Shown: one piece after another, positions 1 to 13,332 of the stretch | Layout: every line of letters starts with the position of its first letter | How positions within the stretch are numbered: the stretch's first letter is position 1 | NCBI GenBank assembly: GCA_010093605.1 | Contig: MU004182.1 | Span: forward strand, 248,001-312,000 | Length of the DNA stretch: 64,000 bases | Direction: 5' to 3' | From: Lophium mytilinum | Taxonomy: Eukaryota | Program-made: the position numbers and the translations under genes | Notes under the pieces: generated by a model | Told to the model about the DNA's origin: nothing | The model's input: the letters and a program-made list of their open reading frames with translations, nothing else | Databases searched by the model: none

Positions 1-424
1 CAGCATCGTGGACCGTGGCGACATATGAGCCCGAATTGACCGCACTTTTAGGGTAGCATTGTGGAGGACTCCCAGCGTTATAGCTGACAGCCACACAGTT
101 GGAGAGGGAGGCGCAATAATCAATACAAGCGTCCATGGTGGCGTATCCGTAGTAGGGGCCGCCAATGTTCGAATCATAGCGATCGTATGAACAGGTGATG
201 AGGTATGATTTCGATCCGGAAGTGTATATGGTGCCGGATGATCCAGGGCAGACAATCGCGCGTTCTGCCAGTTGTCGCTCTGTCAAGATTTCTGGCACTG
301 CTAATTCCTTACCCGCCAATGCAGGTACTCGTGCTGGTGCTCCATAAACGAGCGATGTGAAGTGTAAGTTTACCAAAAGAATTGCGAGGCGCCTGTGCCA
401 GGCGCCTCTGCTAGAACTCGCCAT
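1..424 (-). CDS. Secreted PAN/Apple-like domain protein, 5' part (runs off window start)
   Basis: Manual translation from ATG at 424: MASSSRGAWHRRLAILLVNLHFTSLVYGAPARVPALAG...ERAIVCPGSSGTIYTSGSKSYLITCSYDRY...TMDACIDYCASLSNCVAVSYNAGSPPQCYPKSAV. Signal-peptide-like N-terminus and CxxxCxxxxxCxxxxY...CYxK cysteine pattern. Not in the ORF track because the frame has no stop inside the window. Confidence 0.7.
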   Translation of the reverse strand, partial: MASSSRGAWHRRLAILLVNLHFTSLVYGAPARVPALAGKELAVPEILTERQLAERAIVCPGSSGTIYTSGSKSYLITCSYDRYDSNIGGPYYGYATMDACIDYCASLSNCVAVSYNAGSPPQCYPKSAVNSGSYVATVHDA

Positions 425-1116
425 ACTCACCTGCTAGGCTCGGCCTAGAAGAGAACGTCGCGGATAACTCGAGTCGCCGATCGAGATGGGGAAAATGAAT
501 GGTAGGCCGGGGAACTAATGAGTGATGAAGGCCGTAAATCGCGAGAAAGACAGCCAGAGGAAGGCTAGTCGACAGCAAGACGCGTCTCGGATGACTTTTC
601 CAGAAGAGCGGCCTGATCTCTTAATCCCGGGGTACGTGGCGCGTCCATATTTTCGCGGTCTAGTTGGAATGGAGATCTCTCAAGGCATATCTCCGCATGG
701 GAATGCACCAAAGGCGAGATGGTGGTACATAGGGATCGCTTGTACGGCAGTTGAGCAAGACTGTCGGGTTTGAAGATATAATTGACTACGCGCAGTACAG
801 ACTTCAAATACTCTTAATCTAAACGAAGTGGAAATGAGTGCAAACCCACGTAGCCTGTGTATGACGCCCACACGTCTGTGGTAATCATGTATGAACTTAC
901 ATATCGAAAGTTTAGTGGCGATCATGCATCAAAACAGCAGCGTAATCACCCATGCCAGCTTTTCTAGATCTTGATGGACACATGCTGATTCACAGCGTGT
1001 CAAATTTGCAGTAGTTGAAATGCTCTTATCCTCACTAATCGCCCTCTCTTTCTTGGGCTCTGCCGACGGAGCCGTTGTAAGGGTCGGGCCGCCAATGTCT
1101 TCAGCAAGGGGGTTCT

Positions 1117-2112
1117 CTACATTCTTGGTTTCAATTTCGTGCTGTCAATTCGCTTGCCCTCGTCAGCCTGCTCAGGAACCGTGAGATCTGGAAAATTCGC
1201 CGGCATAATACGTCGAGGTGTGCTGCCGGGGACGACATTGTACTTGGAAAAGTCCGTGATGCCAGTTTTGCGAAGAAAATCTTCGTCCAACTCCAGGCAG
1301 CCGTTGACCACGGACGGAGGCGCCCGCAGAATGGCCAGGATTGCATCCGAGTATATGGTCGGTTTCCTTAAGTCCTTCAGGTTCTCGTGCTCCACATTCT
1401 CCGTGGCGGCGGACTGAATAGCGACTGCGGGCCAGATGCTGGTGATTGCCATATCAGTCTTGCCCTCCCTCTCGAAATCTACTGCCAGCCCTTTCGTAAG
1501 GATACTCATACCAACCTTCCCCATCGCGTAAGCCGTTTTTCCGCGAAAGAACCTCGAATAAATTGGAGGGCTGACGACAATTATCCGGCCCTTCCAGCCA
1601 TTGTTCTTGAAATGCGGCAACGCAGCCTGAAGAGTCCCATATAAGCCCTCGATGTTCACCCGTTGCATCAGCTGGAACCGCTTCATGGGTGTGTTTTCTA
1701 CGCTCGCCCACCAAATCGCACCGGAATTATAGATGAGAACGTCCAGACGGCCATAGATCTCAATCGTCCGCGCGACCAATCTTTCCACGCTGGCAAAGTC
1801 GCGCGCGTCTACCGCGACAGCTGTGGCATCGCCTCCAGCTTCGCGGATCTCGCGCTCTACCGTACTGATTGTAGAATGTGGGGAGTTCGGGTCCGGTGGA
1901 AACGGAGTCGTTTTCGAGGCATCAGATGTACTTTTCGCAGCGACAACCACTACACATCGAGACATTGTCAGCCATTTATCTACATGCAACTTCACGATAT
2001 TCTCCGTGGTTGACAGACCTGCATAGCCGTTCTTCGCTAGATCAATGGCAACCTGTCTCCCAATGCCTCTTGAAGCTCCAACAATGAGCGCGACCTGTTT
2101 CCCAGAGGCCAT
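1117..2112 (-). CDS. Short-chain dehydrogenase/reductase, HSDL2-like
   Basis: GASRGIG Rossmann motif, YAMGK catalytic YxxxK, and NSGAIWW..VENTPMKRFQLMQRVN typical of HSDL2-like SDRs. In-frame 69-nt intron at 1950-2018. C-terminus is -PRM. Confidence 0.9.
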   Translation of the reverse strand: MASGKQVALIVGASRGIGRQVAIDLAKNGYAGLSTTENIVKLHVDKWLTMSRCVVVVAAKSTSDASKTTPFPPDPNSPHSTISTVEREIREAGGDATAVAVDARDFASVERLVARTIEIYGRLDVLIYNSGAIWWASVENTPMKRFQLMQRVNIEGLYGTLQAALPHFKNNGWKGRIIVVSPPIYSRFFRGKTAYAMGKVGMSILTKGLAVDFEREGKTDMAITSIWPAVAIQSAATENVEHENLKDLRKPTIYSDAILAILRAPPSVVNGCLELDEDFLRKTGITDFSKYNVVPGSTPRRIMPANFPDLTVPEQADEGKRIDSTKLKPRM

Positions 2113-2551
2113 TGAGCCTTCTGTCCTTGGATAGAGCAATGTAAAGGGGATGCAGTGGGGATATCTCTCGGGAACGATGTGCTATGCGTGGATTAAGACA
2201 CTCCATATAAGAAAGACGACGTCGAAGCAGGCATCATCATTGCTGTAAATCCGCAAATGACGACAAAAAGTCAATCTGGCATGTGTGCCTCGGTCATTCA
2301 AAGCTCACAGTCTCGTTGGTTAGAGCAGGACATTGACATGACAATATTGAAGGAAGAAAGAGGGGGATTAGTGATCGGTCGTAGTGGTCTTGAAGCTGTC
2401 TCAAACTGAACCTCGGCGATGCCAATCTTGCCAAGAATTCCATCCACGACGCTTCTCCATCCCTCTTCACGAACATTTAGTCAACATACTCATAGACCTG
2501 TAAGCAGTTCTCATTACAGGGAAAGAGTGAACCTGCCGAGCTATATTGACC

Positions 2552-3719
2552 ATGGGTGGAAAGATTGAGTGCTATCTTGACGTTGGTATGTTCATTCAGC
2601 AGTAGACCATGAAACTTTGGTAGTTGCTGATAGGGCCGAAGTCTCTCCATACTCTTATTATGCTCTGCTCTATCTAGAAAAGAACAGGGAGACCTTGAAA
2701 TCTCATGATGTCGATATCGAGTGGGTGTTTCTTATTTGTCGCATTTCTTTTATCCATCGTCGTCACATGACCGATACCTATTATGTCTGTATTCGCAATG
2801 GTCCCCTCCTCCGAGCATATGGTTATTTGAATCGGCGGGTTCCAGATTCTCAAGTGTCCTGCTCATCTGCATTCACAATTGCCTTCAAGATACATTGCCT
2901 ATTGACCAAAACCCGAATCATCCACGCGATCACGTGTTATATTCCTTTTAGTCATGCCTACAGAATATCCTCACTGATTTGTTATTAGTATAATTCCCGT
3001 CTTCCTCGGCGGCATAAACGTAGGAAGCGGAAACAAACCCCCCTGGACCCTCCCGGCCAAAGCAAATTACAGTAACTACGACTCCGCCCGCGCAAAGAAG
3101 TACTTCGGCGTGCCCGATATCAAAACCCCCTCCTTCTTTCCAATACTTTCTCTCCCAGTATGTCATTCATCCCGTGTTAGCTTCATGATTAATACCCTAC
3201 CCCTACTTTACTGTGTAACGGCTCGCTCACACTTTCGCCCTCCAGCCCCAACGCGCTCTAACCTATATCCGCGCCCACCATGCTTCCCTCCTAATCCCCA
3301 CCTTTCTAACCCTCTTCTCTGCCATGTGGCTCGACGGCCATGACATCAGTAAACCAGATCTGCTAGCACAGGCACTGAGCGCCCACTTCTCCCCCGAGGA
3401 GACCAAAGCGATCCTCGAAGGCGCGAACCAGCCACACTACAAGCAAGAGCTCTCGGCCAAGACACAAGAGGCCCTAGACCGCGGCGCGTTTGGATGTCCG
3501 TGGTTCTGGGTCACTAATACTGCTGGGGTGGGGGAACCATTCTTCGGAAGCGATAGGTACGTTTCTAGTTTCAAAATTCATATTGGGTGACGTGCCACGA
3601 AACGGGTTGAAGAGTTGATGCTGATCGGACGTAGGTTCCACTTCATATGGGAGTACCTTGGCTTGCCCTGGAAAGCTGTTGAGCTGTTGCCTTCTGCGCA
3701 GGCGAAGGCCAAGATCTAG
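2552..3719 (+). CDS. Glutathione S-transferase kappa / 2-hydroxychromene-2-carboxylate isomerase (DsbA-like), multi-exon
   Basis: Spliced product MGGKIECYLDVVSPYSYY...IPVFLGGINVGSGNKPPWTLPAKA...GAFGCPWFWV...EPFFGSDRFHFIWEYLGLPW...AKAKI*. Introns at 2586-2641, 2721-2988 and two further downstream. Confidence 0.9.
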
Positions 3720-6125
3720 GTGCGGAAGGCCGGCGGGAGCGTGCGTGCAGGGAGGCGGAATGGCGTGCAGCATATTGTACGGGGACTCCATGGGCGGAGG
3801 AGTAGGGATGTCCTTGTATACTACCTGCTCTTCTGCGACTCTAAATCGTCTAAAACGGCTGTTCGTTTGTCCCTTCATCAAAGAGACGTTAGCCGCCCTC
3901 AAATGAGCATCTTATCCGGATTGCGAGCCGTGCCGAAAAGCTTCGATGGAGGCCGGAAATCGAAACACGTCGTACAGAGCCGACCCAATTCCTGGCATGA
4001 AAGATTGGTTGTACCAGAGCATGGTGGAGGCTTCCGCAGTTCCAACAGTCGACCCGTCATTGCAGTCAGTCGTGGCACTAACGCGCGAGGCGAAGCAAAC
4101 AAGCTCCCGCTGTCGGCACGGGAACATGCGTCCGCAGCGGCGCAGAGCGAGTTGCAGGACTGAGAACAAAGAAAGAACATATCTTGTTCAAGGATGAAGC
4201 TTGGATGCCATGTGCTGTCACCCGGCATGGCCTGCATATGCAATGTCGTTGCTTTGAGGAGAAGGCCAAGTTCCCTGCGTGTCAGAAGTTTATCTTGCAA
4301 GCTGTGACACTCTAGGGCGGATCTGCCAGCAGTGAATACTAGAGCTAGTCTAGGTTAAGAATGAATTGTTCTCTTTGTCGAGTGTTCCACGGCTGTGGAT
4401 ATGGTTATGTCATGTCACTGGATGAGCACATACCTTACATTTCCGTTGCTTCTTTAAACTTGCAACAATGCCAATTGGATTATGTGACCTATTTGTCGCT
4501 ATATGACACTAGAGGTCGTAATGCTGACACCATCAGCAGGGCAGATCTGAACTCCAGCTCCCTTGTGCTTGTCTTTCGACGCTTCACCATCTCGATCTGC
4601 CTACACCTTTTCAGCATTCGGCACCATCCCAAAGCTTGCTGCAGGCAGCCGAAGGCGGCCACGTTGGACAGGGCTACGGGAAGCGAAAGATAGCGCAACA
4701 AGAATGCACGGCGAACGGCTGCGCACACGCCATAGGCATAGAGGGGCCTGGGGATATGCACGTGGCCGTTGCGGACGTCCAATGGTGCTCGCTAATATCC
4801 GGAGTGGCTTTGAGGTGCGCTGCGTAGAAGATAGTTTTGGCAGAGTTGACGATGATATGTTTGCGTTGGAGGCAGATGACAGCTATGAGACTTGCCAGCA
4901 CGTTGAGCCATTTTCGGTGTTTTGAAGATGTAAATGATAACTTAGCAAGACTGTACAGCAGATGCGAAGATTCGAGCCCAGGCTCTCATAGGCAAGATAG
5001 ACTTTAGCATTGGCCAGCTGATCCGCACCCCCTGGGAGTACCAGAGGACCAGTCAGATTCATTCCCTAGGCAGTGTTGCTGTGGGACTCGACGAATAAAG
5101 TTCGCAGAGAGCGGGTGGAAGTGGAGATGGAGAACCTTCTGTCGGGAACAAGGACGGGCCATGGCTCTTCAAACGCATTCTTGATAGCACGGGTTGGAAC
5201 CCTGACAGGATGGGTGGTCTTGTTGAGATCTGATTCTTAAAGACCGTCTGCGAGAAGGAAGGGAGTTTAGGTTTCTGATCTTTAGCACGATGTTTGTTGG
5301 TTGAGATTCGTCCGCTCGTTACTCGTACCTTTTTACGGGAAAGCGCGGTATTCACGCATTTGCGAGTATTTCAACGCCTATCGCACCTATCACGACATCG
5401 GGGCTGCATGTTTGTGTCCTATCCAGATCAGTAGCATCAAAGTCATTCGGCCATTGCAAGCTTTTTCTGTCCACGGTAGATCTTGGCCCACGAAAGACAC
5501 ATGAGGTGCTGGCAAGTTGACAAGTTTCTTCCCAGCTCCCGTGGCGAGCCTCTGTACGATCCAGAAATCGTATAGAAAGCTGAAGGCCTTTTGCAGCGGT
5601 GTGTCGTCAGCTGAATATCCTATCTAAGGCTCCGAATCTGTTCAAGCCTAGACTGCATCATCATTTGCTCGGAACCCATAACTGTCCGGATCTGCGAGCG
5701 GCAGCTATCCTGACAGCTGCAGGTGTCAGACCGTGCTGCTGGGCCGTGTCCAGAGTTGCGGATTGATGCTCCGGAGCGGTCAAGTTGGTCTCGGCGAATC
5801 GTAGCATCCAGCACCAGCGATACTGTCAACAAGCTGCAAGACCCCTTGGACAGCTCATAGCTCAAATTCGGCCTCCCCACATTCGACCACACCGTCTACA
5901 AGACTCCAACCGAGAAGCGGTCAAGTGCACTGAATGGGCCAATAACGATTGCGAAGCTGGCCAGCGGTAAAGCGACTTCACACTGCCGGGAGCCATCTTT
6001 GCGTGAGTCGGTTTTGATCACGGTACTTTCGCTCGCAGTATTATTCAAGACCTCATCCATCCCTCGGTCTCTTGTCTCACAGCGGAAGCTCCCGTTCGTT
6101 TGTGCTCTCGTCGACAGTGGACACA

Positions 6126-7649
6126 ATGCCTTGTTTCAATCGCTCGGATCCTCCTGCGATACTTCCAGATGCGAACCATGTTGTGAGTACTCTCACAGGG
6201 ATCTGAAGTCGAAGAACTTGCACTGACACCGGACTGTACTAGTGGAATAACATACCTGCTTCACATCATGGTGTCTTCAAGGGCCCAGCCCAATCGAGCT
6301 ATCACGGACAAGAAGTAAATGCATTCGAGGCCTCAATTGATAGCGTCCACACAACCAGCGCAGCCTTACAGAGCGAACAACACCTTCAGTTACCAACAAC
6401 AGACCCACCTTCCGTCGATCTGACCAAGCCTTTTTGGAGTCCGACTCCTACCTCGTGCCCGGTCAAGACAGAGAGCGAGAGGTTCTTCGACGTCCAAATC
6501 AATGCTGCCAACTGGGACACCTCCAACTTCTTCGACAAACCTTGCGACGTGACCCTTGCAGACCACGACTTTTTTGGCATACCTTTCACGGCAAGCTCAG
6601 ACCGCGATATACACGGACTATCCCCAGCCGCCACCACTTGGAACTTCCCCAGTTCACTCAGCGACCAGTCTGATTGCAGTCGGGCATTCAGCTTCACCGG
6701 GAGCCTCGACCATCCTTCGCCAACCAGCACATACCTGAGTGATAGCACATACACCAATCCAAAGAACGGCCTGAGGGGCAGATACGATACAACGCATTCG
6801 CCAGATCCCCGGCTCTCTCTGGGAGCTCATCTCCTCGATTCGACAAGACTCTCCTCACAGCACAAGCTTGACATCCCCGCATATCAACCGGAACACGATG
6901 GCGAGATGTCGTGCGACTCAAACTTCGGAGCCTTAGAACACTGTCAAACTACTCCGGATGCATTCCAGACACCAATGACCGCTAGGATATCATGGCCACC
7001 AGAGGATTGGGATCCAAATGCATGGGAACATCCGCAGGCAACTCCTAGCCAGAGCATAGCCCCGTGGAATAGCAGCGACATATTGCTCACTAATTATCGC
7101 GCCCAGAGCATTCAGAGTAACGACACATTGCCACAGCGCCCATTCGAACAGATCAACCACTCACAATATGCCAATCCAACACAGGATGACCCTCAAACCA
7201 TCCGGTTTCCGAACTCGCGGCGAAAGAGAGAAGACCACTTCCTGGTGACCTCTAAGCGAAAGGGAATGACATACAAGCAGATCCGCGAGAAGGGAGGGCT
7301 CCAGGCTGCAGAATCTACACTGAGAGGGAGGTTTAGGGCATTGACGAAGGATAGGAGGGACAGGGTACGAAAGCCAGTGTGGACGGACAAAGATGTGAGT
7401 ATATTATGAAACGCAAGGGTAAAGACCTGCTTGCTAAACATGCGGCCGCAGATTCAACTCCTTCATCTCGCAGTCCAGCGGGAGATTGAGGGACTGGAAA
7501 CCAGTGGTTTCTCCAGGGCGGCAGACATCCAAGCGCTTGGATCGAAAGTGTCCTGGAAGAAGGTGGCCGACTGTATCATGGCGAAAGGCGGGTCTTACCG
7601 TTTCGGCAACGCAACGTGCAAGAAGAAGTGGAAGGAATTGATGCACTAG
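6126..7649 (+). CDS. Fungal Myb/SANT-like DNA-binding domain protein
   Basis: C-terminal GMTYKQIREKGGLQAAESTLRGRFRALTK..DRVRKPVWTDKD|IQLL...VSWKKVADCIMAKGGSYRFGNATCKKKWKEL. The frame is open from 6243. Proposed first exon 6126-6182, intron 6183-6242, second intron ~7394-7451. Confidence 0.75.
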
Positions 7650-8059
7650 GCTTGCGACTTATTTCGACGATTTGGCAGTATTGGGTAGCTGTGTACATTG
7701 GTACGATGGTGACTGGGAGTATTGAACTAATGGATTCCGGGCGTGCTCTTACATTCACCGGCATTCTGCAATGCGAAAGCATCAGCGAGGCTCGATTTGT
7801 GTAGCGTTTACGCGTGCTTTTTGCATCACACGATATAGATAGACCCACTAGGTAGCAAGCAAGGCATCGAATGCCTTCCAATGAAATAATATCTGGAAGA
7901 CAACACCAAATAGGAACAATCGTGAAAGTTTGTAGAGCTGATGTCCGAACAAACTTGGGATCTTCACCTAGCACCAAGCCCGCGCCATCACACCAAGCAT
8001 CTCTCAGCACCCATCGCGTCACCACCAACAGCCTCAATTGCTCTCTCCAACCGCCCATA

Positions 8060-9204
8060 ATGCTACTCGGTCTCTCCGAACCTCTCCCACGTCTTGTGAA
8101 CACCAAGTTCAGCGTCGCAAAGGCCGCGCAGCACCTCCTCTTCTCATCCACCGAACTCGCCGTCGTCCAGACCACAACGGGCATCCCGGTGAGTAAGTTA
8201 CTTCCCTTTGCCGCTTCAGCTTTCTATAGATATTGACTTCCTCCGAGTTTCAACTCCGGTACTGTCCAGCTCTCGCCAAGAAGCCCACAGCCTCGAAAGA
8301 TGATGCGCCCCGCGAGAAGAAAGACCCGTTCGACAATCCCTCCCCCGATCTCTGGATAGCAGATATACCTGCCGCCAACCCAACACACCTTCTTGTTCTG
8401 AACAAGTTCCCAGTGATCGCAAATCACTTCATACTCGCTACGAAACAAAGCAAGCCGCAGACGCATATGCTGGAAGATGATGATCTTGACGCGACGTATG
8501 CTTGTCTGAAGGCATGGGAAGAGGACAATCCGGCCAATAAAACACAGAGGCTATTTGCATTCTTCAACTCGGGAGAACATAGTGGAGCGAGTCAACCGCA
8601 CCGGCATCTCCAGTTTCTCCCCGTCGAGAGCATGAGGAACGACAAGGCGTCTGCAGGATGGGACCCTCTCATCGACATAATTGCGTCAAGTCCAGATTCG
8701 TCGCAAACGGGTCAGCAATTCGCGAATATGATGCAAGAGAACCGCACTAACAGCATCACAGAAGCCCAAGACTCCCTTCGGCAAGACCCAAGACTACCAT
8801 TGACCCATTTCGTGTCCTCGATACCTACCACCCCTACAACCTCCCAGCTCTTCCAAACCTACGAAGCTCTCTACAATGCTGCAGCAAGATCCGTACAGGC
8901 CTATAAACAGGCCTACCCCTCAATCGATCTCGCGCTACATGCGACTGAGGATGGTTCGCTCCCCATTAGCTACAATCTGGCGATGACAACAACGACGATG
9001 GCAATATTACCTCGAAGGAACGAAGGTAGTATGCTACGAAGAGACGACGGGTCAGATATCGGCTTTGTCGCTTTGAATGGGACGGCGCTTGCTGGCACTC
9101 TCATGGTCAAGTATCAGGAAGAATGGGATGTGCTGAAGTCGCGGCCGGAGAAACTAGACAAGATATTGGAAGCAATTGGGTTGTCGCATCATCCTAGCTC
9201 CTGA
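8060..9204 (+). CDS. APA2: Diadenosine tetraphosphate (Ap4A) phosphorylase / ATP adenylyltransferase
   Basis: FQLRYCPALAKKP, LVLNKFPVIANHFILATK, FFNSGEHSGASQPHRHLQFLP (HIT-like HxHxQ), ISYNLAMT and VALNGTALAGTLMVK. First exon from ATG 8060, then a GT-AG intron. Confidence 0.9.
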
Positions 9205-10502
9205 CTCTATGGGCATGGCCCGAAGCTATAATCGAAGTTACTAAATCTCGATAGTGTGGGTTCCACGTCTTTGAACGAAACGAAAGAACTTTCGTTCCAT
9301 TGAAACAACATTAGGGTACAACGCCCCATTACCAAGGGAATTTTCTTCGGCACAACTCACTCGATGGATGCGCTATGATGTTTTCAGACAACGTAACCTT
9401 GTTTGAGCGTCGGTAAGGCTCGCGATGCGTCACACGAATTCTCCGATTCAGATCAGGGTAAGTCTTGAATGTAAGATGAATGCGCTTAGACGCCTTAGCT
9501 TGTCACGTAGGAGTTCTATCAAATCCTTACCCTCCAAATTTTTATCCTGCTTGCGAGTGGCACGTTGATCTGGGGAAATGCGTGTGGACTCTGATATGAT
9601 TTCTTGGGATCGCGTCCAACCCTACATTAAACCAAATCGGCACCCGTACCTTCAAATTTCAGTGCAAGTATATCTTTGTACCATTCTATCCTTCAGTCTA
9701 TGTACACTTTTACCACCTCTGCTAGGCTTGTGAGCCTGTAGGATTTTCAACTTCGGCGAGTTCGCGATCCTACGGTCCTTCTCTAAATCCGAGGATACGA
9801 ACTTTCTGAGCGGCATCGAACGCATGCAAAATGATTAGCTCATACAATGCATAGTATACAGCCCCAGAATTCAGACAGCAACTTTGCCCTCATCTTTGTC
9901 TATTTATGTCGCTTTACTGTACCTAGTATGTTCACGCCGCATGCACGCTCAGCCCCATCCTGAAACCCGGGAACCTCATTTTAGCCGCTCCCATATTCCC
10001 CGACCTAACGACGTTTCAGACTTTCCTGTGCCGCAACCAAGCCCCGCGGAATGATCAAAGAACCGGGCGGCGAGCATCATCCCTACAAATTGAGTGGATG
10101 TGCGTAGTCCGTCGCAAGGCGCCTAGGCATCAGTCGGCAGTGAAGGCTTAGCCCATCCTGCACAACCAAATCGTCGTGCCACAAGGCGGGGCGTAGTTTG
10201 GGGTGAGGATGGAGAATGGGCAGATAAAGATGGGCTGTGCCGCCTTCCGTGGTAGTGGTATATCTGGCATGTCTCTCGTCTTGAAACCTGTCTTATATTC
10301 CAATCTTCAACATCTCAACATCCTCGCGTGATTTCTACTCTTCCTCCTCACCTTTCTTCACGTTGACTCATGCGGTGAAGAGTTTCTGAAGCTTGCGCAC
10401 CCGAATTGTATAGACTAGCTCTTCTCCTCGCTGCCCACAACATTAACCTCATCGCTCCCCTACAACAAACACACCTACACGTCTCCAACCCTAGCCGCCA
10501 TC

Positions 10503-11197
10503 ATGATCATTGCAATCATCCTCCGCGTTGTCCAGGTCCGCCTCCCCACCTCCAAACAACCGCCCACACAGCTAACACACCCCCAGCTCATCTTCGCAGC
10601 CGTCGTCCTCGGCCTCTCCGTCGCCCTAATCAAAAACCAGTACATCGGCAGCGCCCCAGCCACAATCAACTACAACGCCTTCTGCGGCGGCTTCGGCCTG
10701 CTCGCCGCCTTCCTCGGCATCGCCGCCATCTGGGTCGAAGCCCTAGGCGGGCTCGTCATGGCCGCCATCGACGGGCTCGCCAGCCTCTTCTTCCTCGCCG
10801 GAGGCCTGGTACGCACATCCTTCCCACCGTCCCTCACCATCCCACATCTCCTTTCCCATCCACATATGCCAACAGCATTCCCCGCCCTCAATTCGTTCGC
10901 TAACATCTAAAACCTCAGGCTGTCGTCATCACCCTCCACGGCATCAGCTGCACCTCCAACAGCGAATCCAATTTGGAGAAGATGTTCTCCAACGCGCTGC
11001 TCAACAAAGGCTGTGCGCATTTCGAGGATGTCGGCTGGCTCTGCGGCGCGGACTTCGCGGCTGCGAGCGGGCGCTGCAAGAAGAATGAGGCGGATGCTGC
11101 GTTTGAGTTTATGAGCTTTGCGCTGTGTGCGGGTTGTGCGGTGCTCTCGTTCTTGGCGATGAGGAGGGGGAGCGGGACGAAAGGGGCGTTGGTTTAG
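10503..11197 (+). CDS. MARVEL-domain four-TM membrane protein (NCE102/FHN1-like)
   Basis: ILRVVQ|LIFAAVVLGLSVAL...INYNAFCGG...IDGLASLFFLAGG|...RCKKNEADAAFEFMSF. Four hydrophobic segments and two introns. Confidence 0.8.
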
Positions 11198-11767
11198 GGG
11201 GTTGGTGACTGCCTGGGGGCATTTGGGACGCGATTAGGAAGTTGCAAGAGCGTGGTTTGGGGGGGGTTAGTGGTGAGCTGAGGGTTCTTAGTTGGAGCTG
11301 GATAGGGGCGGGAACGGGGATGGGTTGGATGGTTGCTTGATGCTTGGGAAATGGGTTTTAGGGGGGCGTTGTGGTTTATAGAGCGTGGCGCTCTTAAACG
11401 GATGATATTACACGAGGCATAAGTCTGTCTTAGCAGGAAAAGGTGGCATAGCAGATCCTAGCTCCTAATTTCATTAATTTAAAGTCAAACTGGTATACTC
11501 TGGCTTGCTCCTGCACAATGTGCGTCAACAATCTATTAGGATCGCAATCGCGAGAGAAGTCTGTAATCCTAGATAATCAGTAGAGTGGCTCCGCCACCTC
11601 TGACAATCGCAACATCAGGTACACATGCATAGACTGGATGCGTGCAGCATCGCTCCAGACGCATATTAGTACATCACGGCACCGCCACAGCCAAGACAGA
11701 AAATTGGATACAGATCTATACACTTTTGAACTCCGCCAATGAATGCGAATCAAGCAAACGAGCCATA

Positions 11768-13332
11768 TCATAGCTCGCTCATCTCAACACTCTCCCCGCG
11801 ATAATGTCCGGCTACCAAGAACGCTAACTCTAGGGCTTGCTTCTCATTGAGCCGGGGATCGCAGTATGTCGTGTAGTTTAAACTTAGATCCTCTTCGTTG
11901 AGGCCCTCGCTCCCACCTACGCACTCAGTGACTGCGTCGCCGGTTAATTCTAGGTGCATGCCTCCGAGGAAGGAGCCGTGCTGTTGGTGGATCTTCAGCG
12001 CGGAGGAGAGCTCGGAGAAGATGCTGCTGAAGTGGCGGGTTTTGATGCCGCTGGGAGTGCTGCGGGTGTTGCTGGGGGGAAAGTGAGCATATACCGTATC
12101 ATAGTGACCTCGATACAATTTGGGGAGAGGGGGAAGGAGATAAACATACCCATGCATAGGATCACATTGCCAAACAACCACATGGCCGCTCGCTTTTACC
12201 GCTTCAATATGCGGTCCAAGCATGCTCTCCACCTTGTCCTCCCCGTACCGCGTGATAAGCGTGATCTTCCCGACCTCCTTGCGCGGATTCACGATATCAA
12301 GAAGCTGAACTAGCTCCGCGTTCTTCATCGACGGACCTACCTTAATACCAATCGGGTTTTCCAGCCCACGGAAGTACTCAACATGCGCGCCGTCGATCTG
12401 CCGTGTCCGGTCGCCTATCCAGAGGAAGTGGGCCGAGGTGTTGTACCAGCCTTTCCTATCCGCAGAGGTAATCGACGAGTCGTAGTTTGCCGGATGCCGC
12501 AAGCGTCGAGTAAGACACTGCTCGTACTCCAGCACCAAGCCCTCGTGACTCGTGTACAGATCGACGGTTTGAAGCTGTCCGGCCGTGTCCGCGCCAATGG
12601 TACGCATGAAGCGGAGAGAGTCTGAGATGCTCGTAACAATGCGCTGGTACTTCGACTGCAGCGATTTGTCGCGGACGTGCCCGAGGCCCCAGTCCATAGG
12701 GTTGTGCAGGTCCGCGACGCCGCTTGAGAGCTGGGCGCGCGTGTAGTTGAGCGTCGTGGCAGAGTGGAAGTACGCACTAACAAGCCTCTCCGGGTTTGGT
12801 GTGCGATCAGCGATGTCGAAGCCGTTCAAGATGTCGCCACGGAAGCTAGGCATTTGAACACCGTCGATGGTTTCCATAGGGCTAGATCGCGGTTTGGCAT
12901 ATTGGCCGGCCATTCGTGCTATGCGGACGACGGGCTTGTTCGCTCCCCAGATGAGCACTAAACTCATCTGGAGAAGGAGCTTGATCTTGGAATCGATCGG
13001 ATCGTCAGAACAGTAGGAGAATAGCTCGGCGCAGTCGCCGCCCTGGAGGAGGAACGCTTTGCCGAGAGCTGCATCGTGGAGACTTTTCTTGAGCTTGATG
13101 ATTTCAGTGGGTGTGACGATTGGGGGGAGGCTTTCCAATTTAGTCAGGGCGGCTGTGAGAGCAGATGCTGAATCGTATGTGACATCTTGCTTTATTGGTT
13201 TCGTTCTCCAAGCTGTTAAATAGAGTTAGACAGGTTCTTAGTCTGGTCTTGGATGAGATAATTGTAGCCCTCACATGATGGTGTCCATTCAATTTCTGAA
13301 GGAGCTGAGATGCCAGCCCCATCATAAGCCAT
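11768..13332 (-). CDS. Class II DAHP synthase (phospho-2-dehydro-3-deoxyheptonate aldolase)
   Basis: WTPSSWRTKPIKQ (across intron 1), FLLQGGDCAELF, RMAGQYAKPRS, YTSHEGL, HFLWIGDRTRQIDGAHVEY, WQCDPMHG|NT, HLELTGDAVTECVGG and CDPRLN. In-frame 78-nt intron at 12072-12149. The ATG is at 13332, upstream of the ORF-track start. Confidence 0.95.

Noticed and set aside
3720..5900. Several short ORFs on both strands, including a possible ATG at ~4911 (-) with a GC-AG intron
   Set aside because: No recognisable domain or consistent exon chain. Could be a decayed gene but cannot be supported.
7576..8184. 202-aa minus-strand ORF
   Set aside because: Overlaps the Myb gene end and APA2 exon 1 in antisense, with no recognisable features.
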